From Bacteroidales bacterium (GTDB taxonomy: Bacteria > Bacteroidota > Bacteroidia > Bacteroidales > JAIOZK01), in contig JAIOZK010000004.1 of the NCBI GenBank assembly GCA_021740625.1, forward strand, positions 100,316 to 164,315: 64,000 nt of DNA. The letters are read 5' to 3'. Of the stretch, positions 1 to 9,701 are shown in pieces; the stretch's first letter is position 1, and each line of letters begins with the position of its first letter. A program made the translations under genes and the position numbers. The notes under the pieces are model-generated. The model made no database searches. It was not told where the DNA came from and saw only the letters and a list, made by a program, of their open reading frames with translations.

Positions 1-506
1 CCCTGCGGCCTGATGTCAATGGTGCTGCCTCCGAAAATTTTGTCGAAAGCCTTGCTTTTTATGTGGATGTCTGGTATGATCCCGTCCCTGCTGTCCTGCC
101 CGGAAGTGATGGAACGCTGGCGCCAATAGTTCTTGAGGGACTGGTCCATGTCATATTCCCGGTATTCATCGCGATCCATGTAGATGGGATCACGGTAGTA
201 GAAATCCCCGATCTTTCTTTTGATGATATACTGATCGGAAATGGGATCGTATTCAACAACAGTTTCAAAATTCGGGGGATCTTTGAGAAAGAGGGCGTTG
301 GTATCTGGAATGCTGTAAGGATCAATGTTTTCATTAGGTAACGGATAGCGCAGCCCGCTAGCTGTTGTGTCTGGAATTGAGTCGGGTGGATTGAATGCAA
401 TAGGACTGTTCAGGAGGGAATTGTCGATAGAGGCATTGGTTCCCAAGAAAAGGACCAGGATAGAAATGAAAAATAATATCTTGAAATATTTGTTAAGCCG
501 CCTCAA
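1..506 (-). CDS. sprA: SprA (T9SS translocon / gliding motility protein), N-terminal fragment; the gene continues beyond the window start
   Basis: Open minus-strand frame, absent from the ORF track because it leaves the window. Translation ...GLRYPLPNENIDPYSIPDTNALFLKDPPNFETVVEYDPISDQYIIKRKIGDFYYRDPIYMDRDEYREYDMDQSLKNYWRQRS...KAFDKIFGGSTIDIRPQG matches my recollection of the conserved SprA N-terminus. A hydrophobic signal segment follows a TTG at 506, and an in-frame stop lies at 519-521. ruvA-sprA adjacency is common in Bacteroidota. Confidence 0.7.
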   Translation of the reverse strand, partial: MRRLNKYFKILFFISILVLFLGTNASIDNSLLNSPIAFNPPDSIPDTTASGLRYPLPNENIDPYSIPDTNALFLKDPPNFETVVEYDPISDQYIIKRKIGDFYYRDPIYMDRDEYREYDMDQSLKNYWRQRSITSGQDSRDGIIPDIHIKSKAFDKIFGGSTIDIRPQ

Positions 507-606
507 TAGAATAATCCTTTAATCCGATAATATTTCCAGAAATAAAAAGATCATTCTAACAAACACGAAAGATTCAATAGAATGATCTCAATTTCTTAAC
601 TGCACA

Positions 607-1191
607 TTATAATAATTTTAATGCTTTTTTTATTATTTCTTCAACAGAAATGGACGCGCCATATTCTTTTAAAACCTTATCAATCGCCTTACCCGCAACA
701 TTTTTATTGAAACCGAGTATGATTAAACCTGATAACGCTTCTTCTTTTTTCGTATTGTGTGTGCTTTCTAATTTTTCTGAGCCCGCGACAGCCTTGCCCA
801 GTTTGTCTTTCAGGTCAATCACGATCCGCTGGGCTGTTTTCCCTCCTATCCCTTTAACTGATTGAAGAACAGAAATATTTCCTGTGATGATGGCGTCCGT
901 AAGTTCCTGCCCGGTCAGGGATGACAAAATGAGCCTTGCCGTATTCGCCCCCACACCCGATACGCTGATCAAATGCCTGAACAATTCTCTTTCCTGTTCA
1001 TCCGCGAAACCATACAGGATCTGTGCATCTTCCCTGACGATCAGATGTGTGAATATGCGGATATTTTCATCACTTCCGAGTTTTGAATAAGTATTCAGTG
1101 AAATATTGATATGGTAACCCACACCACCAGCGTCGATTACAACATGTGTCGGGGATTTTTCAGTGAGCCTGCCTTTGATGTATGCAAACAT
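607..1191 (-). CDS. ruvA: Holliday junction branch migration complex subunit RuvA
   Basis: 194-aa ORF with N-terminus MFAYIKGRL...VIDAGGVGY and helix-hairpin-helix motifs (SGVGANTARLIL, GIGGKTAQRIV). Confidence 0.95.
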   Translation of the reverse strand: MFAYIKGRLTEKSPTHVVIDAGGVGYHINISLNTYSKLGSDENIRIFTHLIVREDAQILYGFADEQERELFRHLISVSGVGANTARLILSSLTGQELTDAIITGNISVLQSVKGIGGKTAQRIVIDLKDKLGKAVAGSEKLESTHNTKKEEALSGLIILGFNKNVAGKAIDKVLKEYGASISVEEIIKKALKLL

Positions 1192-1337
1192 AAGGTTGTG
1201 ATCCTAATAATATCAAAGAGGCAAATATACTTAAATTGTTCATTCCCGATTTTATGAACTCTATTTAAGAAACGTTTTAAATTACAAATGCTTCAAAATT
1301 AAACGACAAAGAGAATTCGACACTCGGAATATATTCG

Positions 1338-1345
1338 TACTTTTG
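1338..1345 (+). promoter_or_regulatory. Bacteroidota-type -7 promoter box (TACTTTTG) upstream of maeB
   Basis: Matches the TAnnTTTG consensus 53 nt upstream of the ATG at 1398. Confidence 0.45.
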
Positions 1346-1397
1346 CCTGTTTACAGTTGTTACAAAATTAACAATTAACCAAATCGGATTTAGCAAA

Positions 1398-3695
1398 ATG
1401 GATAACTTATTCAGAAAAGATGCCCTGGCCTATCATTCGGAAGGAAGACCAGGCAAAATGGAAACAATCCCAACAAAACCCTATTCCACACAAAGAGATC
1501 TTTCTCTGGCTTACACCCCCGGGGTGGCAGATCCCTGCAAAGAGATCGAGAAAAACCCGGAAGATGTATACAAATACACCATGAAGGGCAACCTGGTGGC
1601 GGTAATTTCCAATGGCACAGCGGTACTGGGACTTGGTGACATAGGCGCCGAGGCCGGAAAGCCTGTTATGGAGGGGAAAGGCTTGCTGTTCAAGGTCTTT
1701 GCCGACCTGGATGTTTATGATATTGAAATTCAGGAAAAAGACATCGACAAGCTGGTGGATACCATCCTGGCCATTGCGCCAACATTTGGGGGCATCAATT
1801 TGGAAGACATCAAAGCACCCGAATGTTTTGAAATTGAAGAAAGGGTGAAAAAAGGAACGGATATTCCCGTAATGCATGATGATCAGCACGGGACTGCCAT
1901 CATTACAGCCGCTGGCCTGATCAATGCCCTTGAGATCAATGGGAAAAAAATCGAAAACATTCGCATTGTGGTGAATGGTGCGGGTGCATCGGCAATCTCC
2001 TGCACCAAACTGTATATTGCTCTTGGAGTAAAACCTGAGAATATCATCATGCTCGACAGCAAAGGTGTGTTGCGTAAGGACCGCACCGACATGAACAAGT
2101 ATAAAAAACAGTTTGCCACATCGCGTGATCTTCACACCCTGGAAGAAGCACTCGAAGGAGCTGATATGTTCCTTGGGCTTTCCGTGGCCGGAGCACTCAA
2201 AAAGGAAATGCTGGCCAAAATGGCCAAAGATCCCATTGTTTTTTCCCTTGCCAATCCCGTACCCGAGATACTGCCAGAAGAGGCTTTTAAGGTGCGGGAT
2301 GATATCATCATGGCCACAGGCCGCTCCGACTATCCGAACCAGATCAACAATGTGCTGGGATTTCCCTTTATTTTTCGTGGCGCCATGGATGTAAGAAGCA
2401 CGGCCATCAATGATGAAATGAAACTTGCTGCCTCAAAGGCACTGGCCGAACTGGCCAAAGAGCCTGTACCGGAAGAAGTGAACATTGCATTTCATACTCC
2501 CAACCTGAAGTTTGGAAGGGATTATATCATCCCCAAACCCATGGATCCAAGGCTGATCTCGAAAGTTGCGCCTGCTGTTGCCAAAGCGGCCATGGATAGC
2601 GGTGTTGCCAGAAAACCCATTTTCGACTGGCATAAATACCGGGAGGAGCTGATCAAACGCCTGGGCATCAGCAACCCGATGATCCGGCAGATCAAAGCCC
2701 GCGCAAAAAGAGATCCCAAAAAGATTGTATTTGCGGATGCGGAAAACTATAAAACCCTCAAAGCTGTTGAGATTGTCTTGAACGAAGGACTTGCCAAACC
2801 TGTTCTGCTTGGAAATGAAAGACTGATCAAAGACCTGATCAAAACAAATGATCTTATGATCGGCGATATCGAGATACTGGATCCCAAATCACCCGGTGAA
2901 GAAAAACGCCGCCTTGAGTATGCTGAAAAGTTGTATGAGAAACGACAACGCAGGGGAGTAACCATGCCACTGGCCAAAGAAATGATGTCGCAAAAACAAT
3001 ACTTTGCACCCATGCTGGTGGAGGAGGGATATGTTGACGGAATGGTTTCCGGTCTTACCAGAAACTACCCGGATACCCTGGAACCAGCAGTGAAGATCAT
3101 TGGCATGAAAGATGGATCAAAGCTTGTGAGTGGAATGTATATCATCAATACCAAAGACGGGCCTATTTTCTTTGCGGATTGTACGGTAAATAAAAATCCA
3201 ACAGCAGAACATCTTATCGAGATTACCCAGCAAACTGTTTACGCAGTGAAACAGTTCAAAATTAAGCCCAGGGTGGCATTTGTTTCGTATTCTAATTTTG
3301 GTTCTTATGAAGGAAACATCCCTTCAAAGCAAAGGGAAGCTGTTGAATATCTGCATAAAAACCACCCCGAACTCATTGTGGATGGCGAAATGCAGGCCAA
3401 TGTTGCCCTGAACAGAGAAACCCTGCGTGAGAATTTTCCATTCTCCAAACTGATCGACGGCCCAGCCAATATTTTGATCTTTCCCTACCTCTCAGCAGGT
3501 AATATTGCATACAAGCTGATGCAGGAGATGGGCCATTATGAAGTGATCGGACCAGTGATCAACGGCATGGCAAAGAGTGTTCACGTATTGAATATCGATG
3601 CCAGTGTTACTGATATTGTGAACATGGTTACAATCGCAGTGTTAGATGCACAGTGTGTTTATAAAAGAAACAACGGCGAAGAGGAATGCGAATAA
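1398..3695 (+). CDS. maeB: NADP-dependent malic enzyme (malic enzyme domain fused to a phosphate-acetyltransferase-like domain)
   Basis: 765-aa ORF. The N-terminal malic-enzyme and Rossmann region ([12 protein letters not shown]) plus a C-terminal PTA-like domain give the MaeB architecture. Confidence 0.95.
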   Translation: MDNLFRKDALAYHSEGRPGKMETIPTKPYSTQRDLSLAYTPGVADPCKEIEKNPEDVYKYTMKGNLVAVISNGTAVLGLGDIGAEAGKPVMEGKGLLFKVFADLDVYDIEIQEKDIDKLVDTILAIAPTFGGINLEDIKAPECFEIEERVKKGTDIPVMHDDQHGTAIITAAGLINALEINGKKIENIRIVVNGAGASAISCTKLYIALGVKPENIIMLDSKGVLRKDRTDMNKYKKQFATSRDLHTLEEALEGADMFLGLSVAGALKKEMLAKMAKDPIVFSLANPVPEILPEEAFKVRDDIIMATGRSDYPNQINNVLGFPFIFRGAMDVRSTAINDEMKLAASKALAELAKEPVPEEVNIAFHTPNLKFGRDYIIPKPMDPRLISKVAPAVAKAAMDSGVARKPIFDWHKYREELIKRLGISNPMIRQIKARAKRDPKKIVFADAENYKTLKAVEIVLNEGLAKPVLLGNERLIKDLIKTNDLMIGDIEILDPKSPGEEKRRLEYAEKLYEKRQRRGVTMPLAKEMMSQKQYFAPMLVEEGYVDGMVSGLTRNYPDTLEPAVKIIGMKDGSKLVSGMYIINTKDGPIFFADCTVNKNPTAEHLIEITQQTVYAVKQFKIKPRVAFVSYSNFGSYEGNIPSKQREAVEYLHKNHPELIVDGEMQANVALNRETLRENFPFSKLIDGPANILIFPYLSAGNIAYKLMQEMGHYEVIGPVINGMAKSVHVLNIDASVTDIVNMVTIAVLDAQCVYKRNNGEEECE

Positions 3696-3736
3696 AATTT
3701 TGGTAAATGGCAAAATTTGCCATTTACCAAAATTTT
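3694..3736 (+). terminator. Long perfect palindrome, probably the intrinsic terminator after maeB
   Basis: AAAATTTTGGTAAATGGCAAA / TTTGCCATTTACCAAAATTTT overlaps the maeB stop codon and is followed by a T-rich tract. Confidence 0.6.
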
Positions 3737-3836
3737 ATCTACATATATAGATTTATTACTATTTTATCACTCAAGTTCTCAGTTGTTTGGGAGTTTTTTG
3801 GGTGTAATTCATTTTGAAGTCCAACCGAATTTATTG

Positions 3837-3844
3837 TATATTTG
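3837..3844 (+). promoter_or_regulatory. -7 promoter box (TATATTTG) upstream of mdh
   Basis: TAnnTTTG match 83 nt upstream of the ATG at 3927. Confidence 0.45.
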
Positions 3845-3926
3845 CCTCACCGGCAGTGTATATCATATTATTTACATATAAAACTTCATTTCTATTAAAA
3901 AGAAAAAGAAACAAAACGACGAGATT

Positions 3927-4868
3927 ATGAATAAAATTACCGTAGTGGGTGCCGGAAATGTAGGCGCCACTGTAGCAAATGTTATTGCCCATAAAGATCT
4001 GGCAAGGGAAGTTGTTCTGGTGGATATCAAAGAAGGCCTGGCCGAAGGCAAAGCCCTCGATATCTGGCAATCCTCATCCATCAATATGTTCAGTACCCGG
4101 GTAACGGGTGTTACCAATGATTACCTGAAAACCAAGGGCTCTGGTGTGGTAGTGATCACCTCTGGCTTGCCCCGTAAACCCGGAATGTCACGCGACGATC
4201 TGATCAAGACCAATGCGAAGATCGTAAAGGATGTCACCGAGAAGGTGGTCAAGTATTCACCCGATGCCATCATCATCATTGTATCCAATCCCCTTGATGT
4301 GATGACTTATTGTGCATACCTGGCTTCGAACAAACCACATGAAAAAGTGTTTGGTATGGCGGGTGTGCTGGATACTGGGCGTTACCGTGCTTTCATTGCC
4401 TCGGCCCTCGACGTATCTCCCAAAGACATCCTTTCACTTTCTCTTGGAGGTCATGGGGATACAATGGTACCGCTGCCCCGGTACACCACTGTGAACGGAA
4501 TCCCCATTGATGAATTGCTTGACCAGGATGAAATTCATAAGATCGTGGAGCGCACCCGTTTTGGCGGAGGTGAACTCGTAAACCTGATGGGCACTTCGGC
4601 CTGGTATGCTCCCGGTGCTGCCGCTGCACAAATGGTAGAAGCCATCGTGGATGACCAGAAACGGATCTTCCCGGTATGTGCATACCTGAATGGTGAATAT
4701 GGACTCAAAGATATATACATGGGTGTACCTGTTAAACTTGGTAAAAATGGCGTCGCTGAAGTATTCGAATTGAAGCTGAACAAAGAGGAAAGTAAAATGC
4801 TCCAGGATTCGGGTAAATCCGTGAAGAGCGTGATGAAGGTGCTGGATGATATGAAGCTTTTTAAATAG
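3927..4868 (+). CDS. mdh: Malate dehydrogenase (LDH-like family)
   Basis: 313-aa ORF with Rossmann motif VVGAGNVGAT and catalytic-region motif GGHGDTMVP. Confidence 0.95.
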   Translation: MNKITVVGAGNVGATVANVIAHKDLAREVVLVDIKEGLAEGKALDIWQSSSINMFSTRVTGVTNDYLKTKGSGVVVITSGLPRKPGMSRDDLIKTNAKIVKDVTEKVVKYSPDAIIIIVSNPLDVMTYCAYLASNKPHEKVFGMAGVLDTGRYRAFIASALDVSPKDILSLSLGGHGDTMVPLPRYTTVNGIPIDELLDQDEIHKIVERTRFGGGELVNLMGTSAWYAPGAAAAQMVEAIVDDQKRIFPVCAYLNGEYGLKDIYMGVPVKLGKNGVAEVFELKLNKEESKMLQDSGKSVKSVMKVLDDMKLFK

Positions 4869-4949
4869 ATAGCTTGATTAACCCCAACGAATGCCGGGTT
4901 TCAGTAAAAAATGCCAAGAAAAGGCACTGAACGCAAATTCTGTTTTACG

Positions 4950-5642
4950 ATGAAGAAAATAGTAGTTCTTACCGGTGCCGGCATCAGCCAGGAAAGTGGA
5001 TTGAAGACTTTCCGGGACGACGGTGGATTGTGGAAAGAGCACAGATTTGAAGAACTGGCAACTCCTGAAGCCTGGTTGAGGGATATGGACCTGGTACTGG
5101 AATTCTATAACTGGCGCCGCAAGCAAATGTATGAGGTGAAACCCAACCCGGCACACCTGGCCCTGGTAAAACTGGAAGAAAAATACGATGTGCAGATCAT
5201 CACACAAAATGTGGATGACTTGCACGAAAGGGCTGGTTCCAAAAATATCCTGCATTTGCATGGTGAACTCGGAAAAGCCAGGAGTACTGTTGATGAAAGT
5301 CTTATTTACGATATCGAGGGCTGGGAATTAAAAAAAGGTGACTGCTGCGAAAAGGGTTCACAGTTGCGGCCCCATATTGTCTGGTTCGGGGAGGCCGTTT
5401 CTAATATCGTTCCCGCCATCCAAATATCCGGTACAGCGGATATATTTCTCGTAATCGGAACTTCCCTGATCGTATATCCTGCCGCGGGTCTGATCAATTA
5501 TGTTCCCGAAGAAAGTATCAAATACCTGGTGGATCCATCGGCGAAACCAACGGGACATGTGAGTAATCTAAACACGATAAGGGAAAAAGCGGGAGTCGGG
5601 GTTCCCCACCTGGTGAAGCAATTGCTCAACGAAGCTGATTGA
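4950..5642 (+). CDS. cobB: NAD-dependent protein deacylase (Sir2 family)
   Basis: Sir2 motifs GAGISQESGLKTFRD and QNVDDLHERAG. The ATG at 4950 (MKKIVVLTGAG) is a more plausible start than the ORF-track start at 4911. Confidence 0.85.
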   Translation: MKKIVVLTGAGISQESGLKTFRDDGGLWKEHRFEELATPEAWLRDMDLVLEFYNWRRKQMYEVKPNPAHLALVKLEEKYDVQIITQNVDDLHERAGSKNILHLHGELGKARSTVDESLIYDIEGWELKKGDCCEKGSQLRPHIVWFGEAVSNIVPAIQISGTADIFLVIGTSLIVYPAAGLINYVPEESIKYLVDPSAKPTGHVSNLNTIREKAGVGVPHLVKQLLNEAD

Positions 5643-5696
5643 AGTTTGTATGAATTCATATAAATTTTGTAATTTCATGCGTTAATTCTGTGCACT

Positions 5697-6158
5697 ATGA
5701 GCCCCGATTTTGAGTTTTTGTATGATAAAATGCAGCATTATTGTTCTTACCAGGAAAGATGCATATTGGATGTGCAAAAAAAACTGCAATCCTGGAATAT
5801 GCAACCCAAAGTAATTGATGACATCATCCGTAAATTAATCCATGAGCGATACATAGACGAAGAAAGATTTGCCAGGGTTTTTGCCGGTGGAAAGTTCAGG
5901 ATCAATAAATGGGGAAAGAACAAAATTTTCAGTGAACTGAGCAGGAAAAAGATCCCGGATATTTATATTCAAATGGCTTTGCAGGAAATAGATGATGAAG
6001 AGTATTTGCAAACGCTGCGGGAAATACTTACCAAAAAGGAAAACTTACTGAAGGTCGATGATCCTCTGAAACGAAAGAACAAATTGATACAATATGCATC
6101 TTCAAAAGGCTACAGCCTGCATGTTATCCTGAAAGCCATGGATGGTATGAATGACTGA
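5697..6158 (+). CDS. recX: Recombination regulator RecX
   Basis: 153-aa ORF with RecX-like helical repeats (YCSYQERC, RYIDEERFARVF, SKGYS). Confidence 0.8.
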   Translation: MSPDFEFLYDKMQHYCSYQERCILDVQKKLQSWNMQPKVIDDIIRKLIHERYIDEERFARVFAGGKFRINKWGKNKIFSELSRKKIPDIYIQMALQEIDDEEYLQTLREILTKKENLLKVDDPLKRKNKLIQYASSKGYSLHVILKAMDGMND

Positions 6159-6165
6159 AAAATTG

Positions 6166-6173
6166 TACCTTTG
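6166..6173 (+). promoter_or_regulatory. -7 promoter box (TACCTTTG) upstream of prfB
   Basis: TAnnTTTG match 24 nt upstream of the ATG at 6197. Confidence 0.45.
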
Positions 6174-6196
6174 CTCAATATTAAATAGTGAAGGCT

Positions 6197-7286
6197 ATGG
6201 TAAACGAAGATATGCTGAAAGACTTGCGCAAGAGGCTCGAAGCCTTGAGGGGGTACCTTTGACATCGATCAAAGAAAAAGTGAAATAAAAGAACTGGAAA
6301 AAGAATCCGCCCAGCCCGATTTCTGGAATGATCCCAAGAATGCCGAGGAAGTTCTCAAAACCATCAAGGAGAAGAAGGAATGGGTCAAAATGTACGACAA
6401 GACCGAAACAGTTTTTGACGACCTGCAGGTAATCCATGAATTCTATGAAATGGAAGAAGCTTCCGAGGAGGAGGTGGATAAGAATTACAAGGAAGCACTG
6501 AAAGCCTTAGAGAACCTGGAATTCTTCCGCATGTTGAGCAATGAGGAAGATAAGTTGCCGGCCATCCTGCAGATCAATGCCGGGGCAGGCGGTACCGAAA
6601 GCCAGGACTGGGCCCAGATGCTGATGCGCATGTACATGCGCTGGGCTGAGAACCACAATTATAAAATAAAAGAACTAGATGTGCAGGAAGGCGAGGTGGC
6701 AGGATTAAAATCTGTAGCACTGGAAATCGTGGGTGACTACGCTTTTGGATTTTTAAAAGGCGAAAATGGTGTGCACCGCCTGGTGCGTTTATCACCTTTC
6801 GATTCCAACAACCGCCGTCATACTTCTTTTGCTTCGGTTTATGTTTATCCCGAGGTGGACGAGAACATTCATATCGAGATCAATCCCTCCGATATTACCT
6901 GGGATACTTTCCGTTCAAGCGGTCCAGGCGGACAAAATGTGAATAAAGTGGAAACCGCCGTCAGGTTGCGTTATGAACCCGAAGACATCGTGATCGAATG
7001 CCAGGAAACCCGTTCCCAGTCACAGAACCGGGAGAAAGCCATGCGCATGCTCAAGTCCCAGTTGTACGAGATGGAGATGCGCAAAAAGCGTGAGGCACAG
7101 GCCGAGATCGAAGGCGCCAAGAAAAAGATCGAGTGGGGTTCCCAGATACGTTCCTATGTGATGCAGCCCTATAAACTGGTAAAAGACAACCGTACAGGTC
7201 TGGAGGTAGGAAATGTACAGGCCGTGATGGATGGCGAAATTGATGCGTTTCTGAAAGCTTATTTGATGCAGTTTGGAGGACAGTAG
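6197..7286 (+). CDS. prfB: Peptide chain release factor 2, made by programmed +1 frameshift (6197-6259 joined to 6261-7286)
   Basis: A short frame-0 ORF (MVNEDMLKDLRKRLEALRGYL) ends at the in-frame TGA 6260-6262. The +1 frame from 6261 continues without stops into the 298-aa ORF-track protein, which has the SPF-type region SPFDSNNRRHTSF and the GGQ motif (SSGPGGQNVNK). Confidence 0.9.
6248..6263 (+). promoter_or_regulatory. RF2 autoregulatory +1 frameshift site (AGG GGG TAC CTT TGA C)
   Basis: Canonical slippery CTT-TGA-C with an internal SD-like AGGGGG 3 nt upstream, as in E. coli prfB. Confidence 0.85.
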
Positions 7287-7358
7287 TGATGATACGAAAG
7301 GTGAGTAAGGGATCAATCAGGAAGTTTGCAAGCAAAGTCCAGGACCAGTATTTTTTAT

Positions 7359-8636
7359 TCAATCATATTTGATTATCCTTGTCCAATTGGGTAAGTGATG
7401 ATATCCTTCGTACTGCGATTTAAATACATTTTTATATATAACATCATCCTCACGGATCACCCATAACAAACCGGGATTTTGTTCTTCAACAAAATAAGTA
7501 TCAGGAGCTATACATTCCATCAATCCTTCGTTGGTAGTAAATATTTTATGGGCTCTGAATATTGAATCGCCAACAAAAGAGTAGCGATCGGTTTTAAAGT
7601 TATAGCGAACTATATTGGAATAAAAATCACCCGCATATACTGTTCGCTCTCTATCTTTGTGTGGTTTTCTGCTATTCCTGGTTTTATCAACATAAGTGTT
7701 GTTATTGAATATTATCAAAGTACTGTCATTCAGAATATCAACATCATGTTGATTAATAAAGGGACCTTCAAGCAGGTTGACAAGTTCATTGGTGGCGGGT
7801 CTGTAGTGTAATATCAATGAAATGTTTCTCAAACTGATAAAAACATCATCCTCCTGAAAGTATCGGCTGTTTTTTAATGCCGGCTGAACATCATTCAGGT
7901 GAATAGGGTCGTCCAGGGCTGTTGATTTTAAAATATAATTGGAAATACCATTTTCCTTTAAAATTTCTGTTATTGATTTATGGAAAAGGATTTTTCCTGA
8001 TTCACTATCAAATTTGGTGATGGTATGATCATGGTAAAATATTTCTCTGCCTTCTAAATTGTATCTGCCTGTCGTCTTCCATCCGGGTATTTGCGTGCAT
8101 GCCCAGATATCCCCATCCTTGTTTAAATTCATTCCATGATGAATTAACAAGGAGTCATTTTTCCAAATGATTTTCCCCGATGGATCAATTTTGTGCAAAC
8201 CGGGCCTTGCCTTATAGTAATAGTTATAAATCAAGGATCCATCCGGCAGAAGTATCGGGTTCACAATTCTTGCTATCTCATCCCAGGGATTGTCGATCTT
8301 CCATTTCTTTAATATGGAATCATTCTTTAGATTTAACAACACCACTGAACGCGAATTAGCTGTGTCAGAATGTGTTGTTAGGACAATTAGGTCTTTTTCA
8401 AGCTTATTAACCGGTTTGAATTTTTCATAAGTTCGAATAAAGGTTCTCGGCAAGGTGTTTACCTCCTCAACAGATTGTTTAAAGAGATCCGGGAAAGTAT
8501 ACATGAATTTTACCGGTTGGGTAAGAAAACCAAACTTTTTGTTTTTATTCGAAATCTGGTCTACCATCCATCCAAAAAGGGAAAGGATGAACAGGAAAAT
8601 TACTGTCGCTGAAAATATTTTAAGCGCTGTTTTCAT
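7359..8636 (-). CDS. Membrane-anchored beta-propeller-like protein, possibly arylsulfotransferase (ASST)-like; function tentative
   Basis: 425-aa ORF with an N-terminal TM anchor (IFSATVIFLFILSLFGW). It is beta-rich with motifs HHGMN, HLNDVQP and NQHDVD that recall the ASST family. Family assignment is by eye only. Confidence 0.6.
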   Translation of the reverse strand: MKTALKIFSATVIFLFILSLFGWMVDQISNKNKKFGFLTQPVKFMYTFPDLFKQSVEEVNTLPRTFIRTYEKFKPVNKLEKDLIVLTTHSDTANSRSVVLLNLKNDSILKKWKIDNPWDEIARIVNPILLPDGSLIYNYYYKARPGLHKIDPSGKIIWKNDSLLIHHGMNLNKDGDIWACTQIPGWKTTGRYNLEGREIFYHDHTITKFDSESGKILFHKSITEILKENGISNYILKSTALDDPIHLNDVQPALKNSRYFQEDDVFISLRNISLILHYRPATNELVNLLEGPFINQHDVDILNDSTLIIFNNNTYVDKTRNSRKPHKDRERTVYAGDFYSNIVRYNFKTDRYSFVGDSIFRAHKIFTTNEGLMECIAPDTYFVEEQNPGLLWVIREDDVIYKNVFKSQYEGYHHLPNWTRIIKYD

Positions 8637-8779
8637 AAACGGTAATTAAAACATAAACAATTTGCAATAGTACTAATTTCTTTCATAGAAAAGAAAATTT
8701 CATCTTTATCTGTAGGGTTCAAATATGGCCGTCATTTGCGTTTTGCTCAGGGTGCACTTTTATTTGCTCTTGGTAATAG

Positions 8780-9640
8780 TTATCGTTTTAATAATTTAGT
8801 TGTATGTCTTTTTCTATCCATTGTAAAGTCGACGATATATAAACCACTCTTTAGATAAGAAACATCAATATTTTTTTGGGTTTTCGATAATTTTCTTTCA
8901 AATATTAAATTGCCTTGCATTGTATATATCCTGATCAAATCGTAAGATTTTTTAAAATTTATTTCTTCCATAGCCGGGTTTGGATATATGCAATGCGTTA
9001 GTAATTCATTTTCATGAATACCCGGATTTTGAGCATTCGTTTTTGCATTCATTAACTCAAGAACTGATCGGTTAGGCACATAAATTTTAAGATAATATAA
9101 ATCCAGATTACTTTTCTCAAATGCAATATAAGATGTATCTCCAAGGAATAAATTAATATTAGAATATACGCATGGTGGATAGTTTCCATAGCTCCAGTCT
9201 AAAAATTCTTCTTCGGTGGCAAGATTGTTCTGTTTATTGTAAATAGTATCGCCCCTGTTATATTTTCTTACAACAGGGGTTATCCTCGAAGTATCACGGA
9301 CCTGTCCGGTAGAATCAATAAATTGATAATTTTCTACATAAGAGGTATCGATATGGATTGAAAAATCATTTAAAGAATTTACGGACATTATATAGTAACT
9401 GCCCATTCCTCCTATGTAGCTAACCAAATAAAATTGTATATCCCATATCGTATCTTGATCTAAATCGATATAGTAATTTACAGTGATGCCAGATCCCCAT
9501 ACCGGATCATAGGAAGTTAATAATGTATCCTGAAATGGAATACTATTTCCACCTGAGCTGGGATGATCAATCACCAAAAATTGGGCATTTATGTGTCCAA
9601 TTAAAATCATTAAAAAGATAAATATCGTAATCCTTTTCAT
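8780..9640 (-). CDS. Secreted protein with a T9SS type A C-terminal sorting domain
   Basis: 286-aa ORF with a signal peptide and C-terminal IYPNPAMEEINF...LKSGLYIVDF...KLLKR, typical of Por/T9SS CTDs. Confidence 0.8.
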   Translation of the reverse strand: MKRITIFIFLMILIGHINAQFLVIDHPSSGGNSIPFQDTLLTSYDPVWGSGITVNYYIDLDQDTIWDIQFYLVSYIGGMGSYYIMSVNSLNDFSIHIDTSYVENYQFIDSTGQVRDTSRITPVVRKYNRGDTIYNKQNNLATEEEFLDWSYGNYPPCVYSNINLFLGDTSYIAFEKSNLDLYYLKIYVPNRSVLELMNAKTNAQNPGIHENELLTHCIYPNPAMEEINFKKSYDLIRIYTMQGNLIFERKLSKTQKNIDVSYLKSGLYIVDFTMDRKRHTTKLLKR

Positions 9641-9701
9641 ATTTTATTTTTTTAATTTACCGGTACATGATGGCAATTAAAATCAAACCGGATCGGTCTT
9701 A

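Noticed and set aside
59-400. ORF-track entries 59-400 (-) and 63-341 (+) at the window start
   Set aside because: A different minus-strand frame, open from 506 to the window edge, encodes a sequence matching the SprA N-terminus. The listed ORFs are overlapping out-of-frame artefacts.
1407-2135. Long antisense or alternative-frame ORFs inside strongly supported genes (for example 1407-2135, 23488-23967, 24608-24979, 42639-43184, 58756-59346, 63246-63908)
   Set aside because: Each is fully nested in or opposite to a gene with clear family motifs (maeB, the four-helix-bundle gene and fumC, the histidine kinase, the carboxyltransferase, the carbamoyltransferase), and their translations are low-complexity or atypical.
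3694-3736. The 43-bp perfect palindrome as a protein operator site
   Set aside because: Its position over the maeB stop codon with flanking A- and T-tracts fits an intrinsic (bidirectional) terminator. No second copy in the window suggests a regulon.
4911-4949. N-terminal extension of the sirtuin (MPRKGTERKFCFT)
   Set aside because: Sir2-family proteins begin close to the GAGIS motif, and the ATG at 4950 gives the typical MKKIVVLTGAG start. The extension overlaps the mdh-proximal intergenic region.
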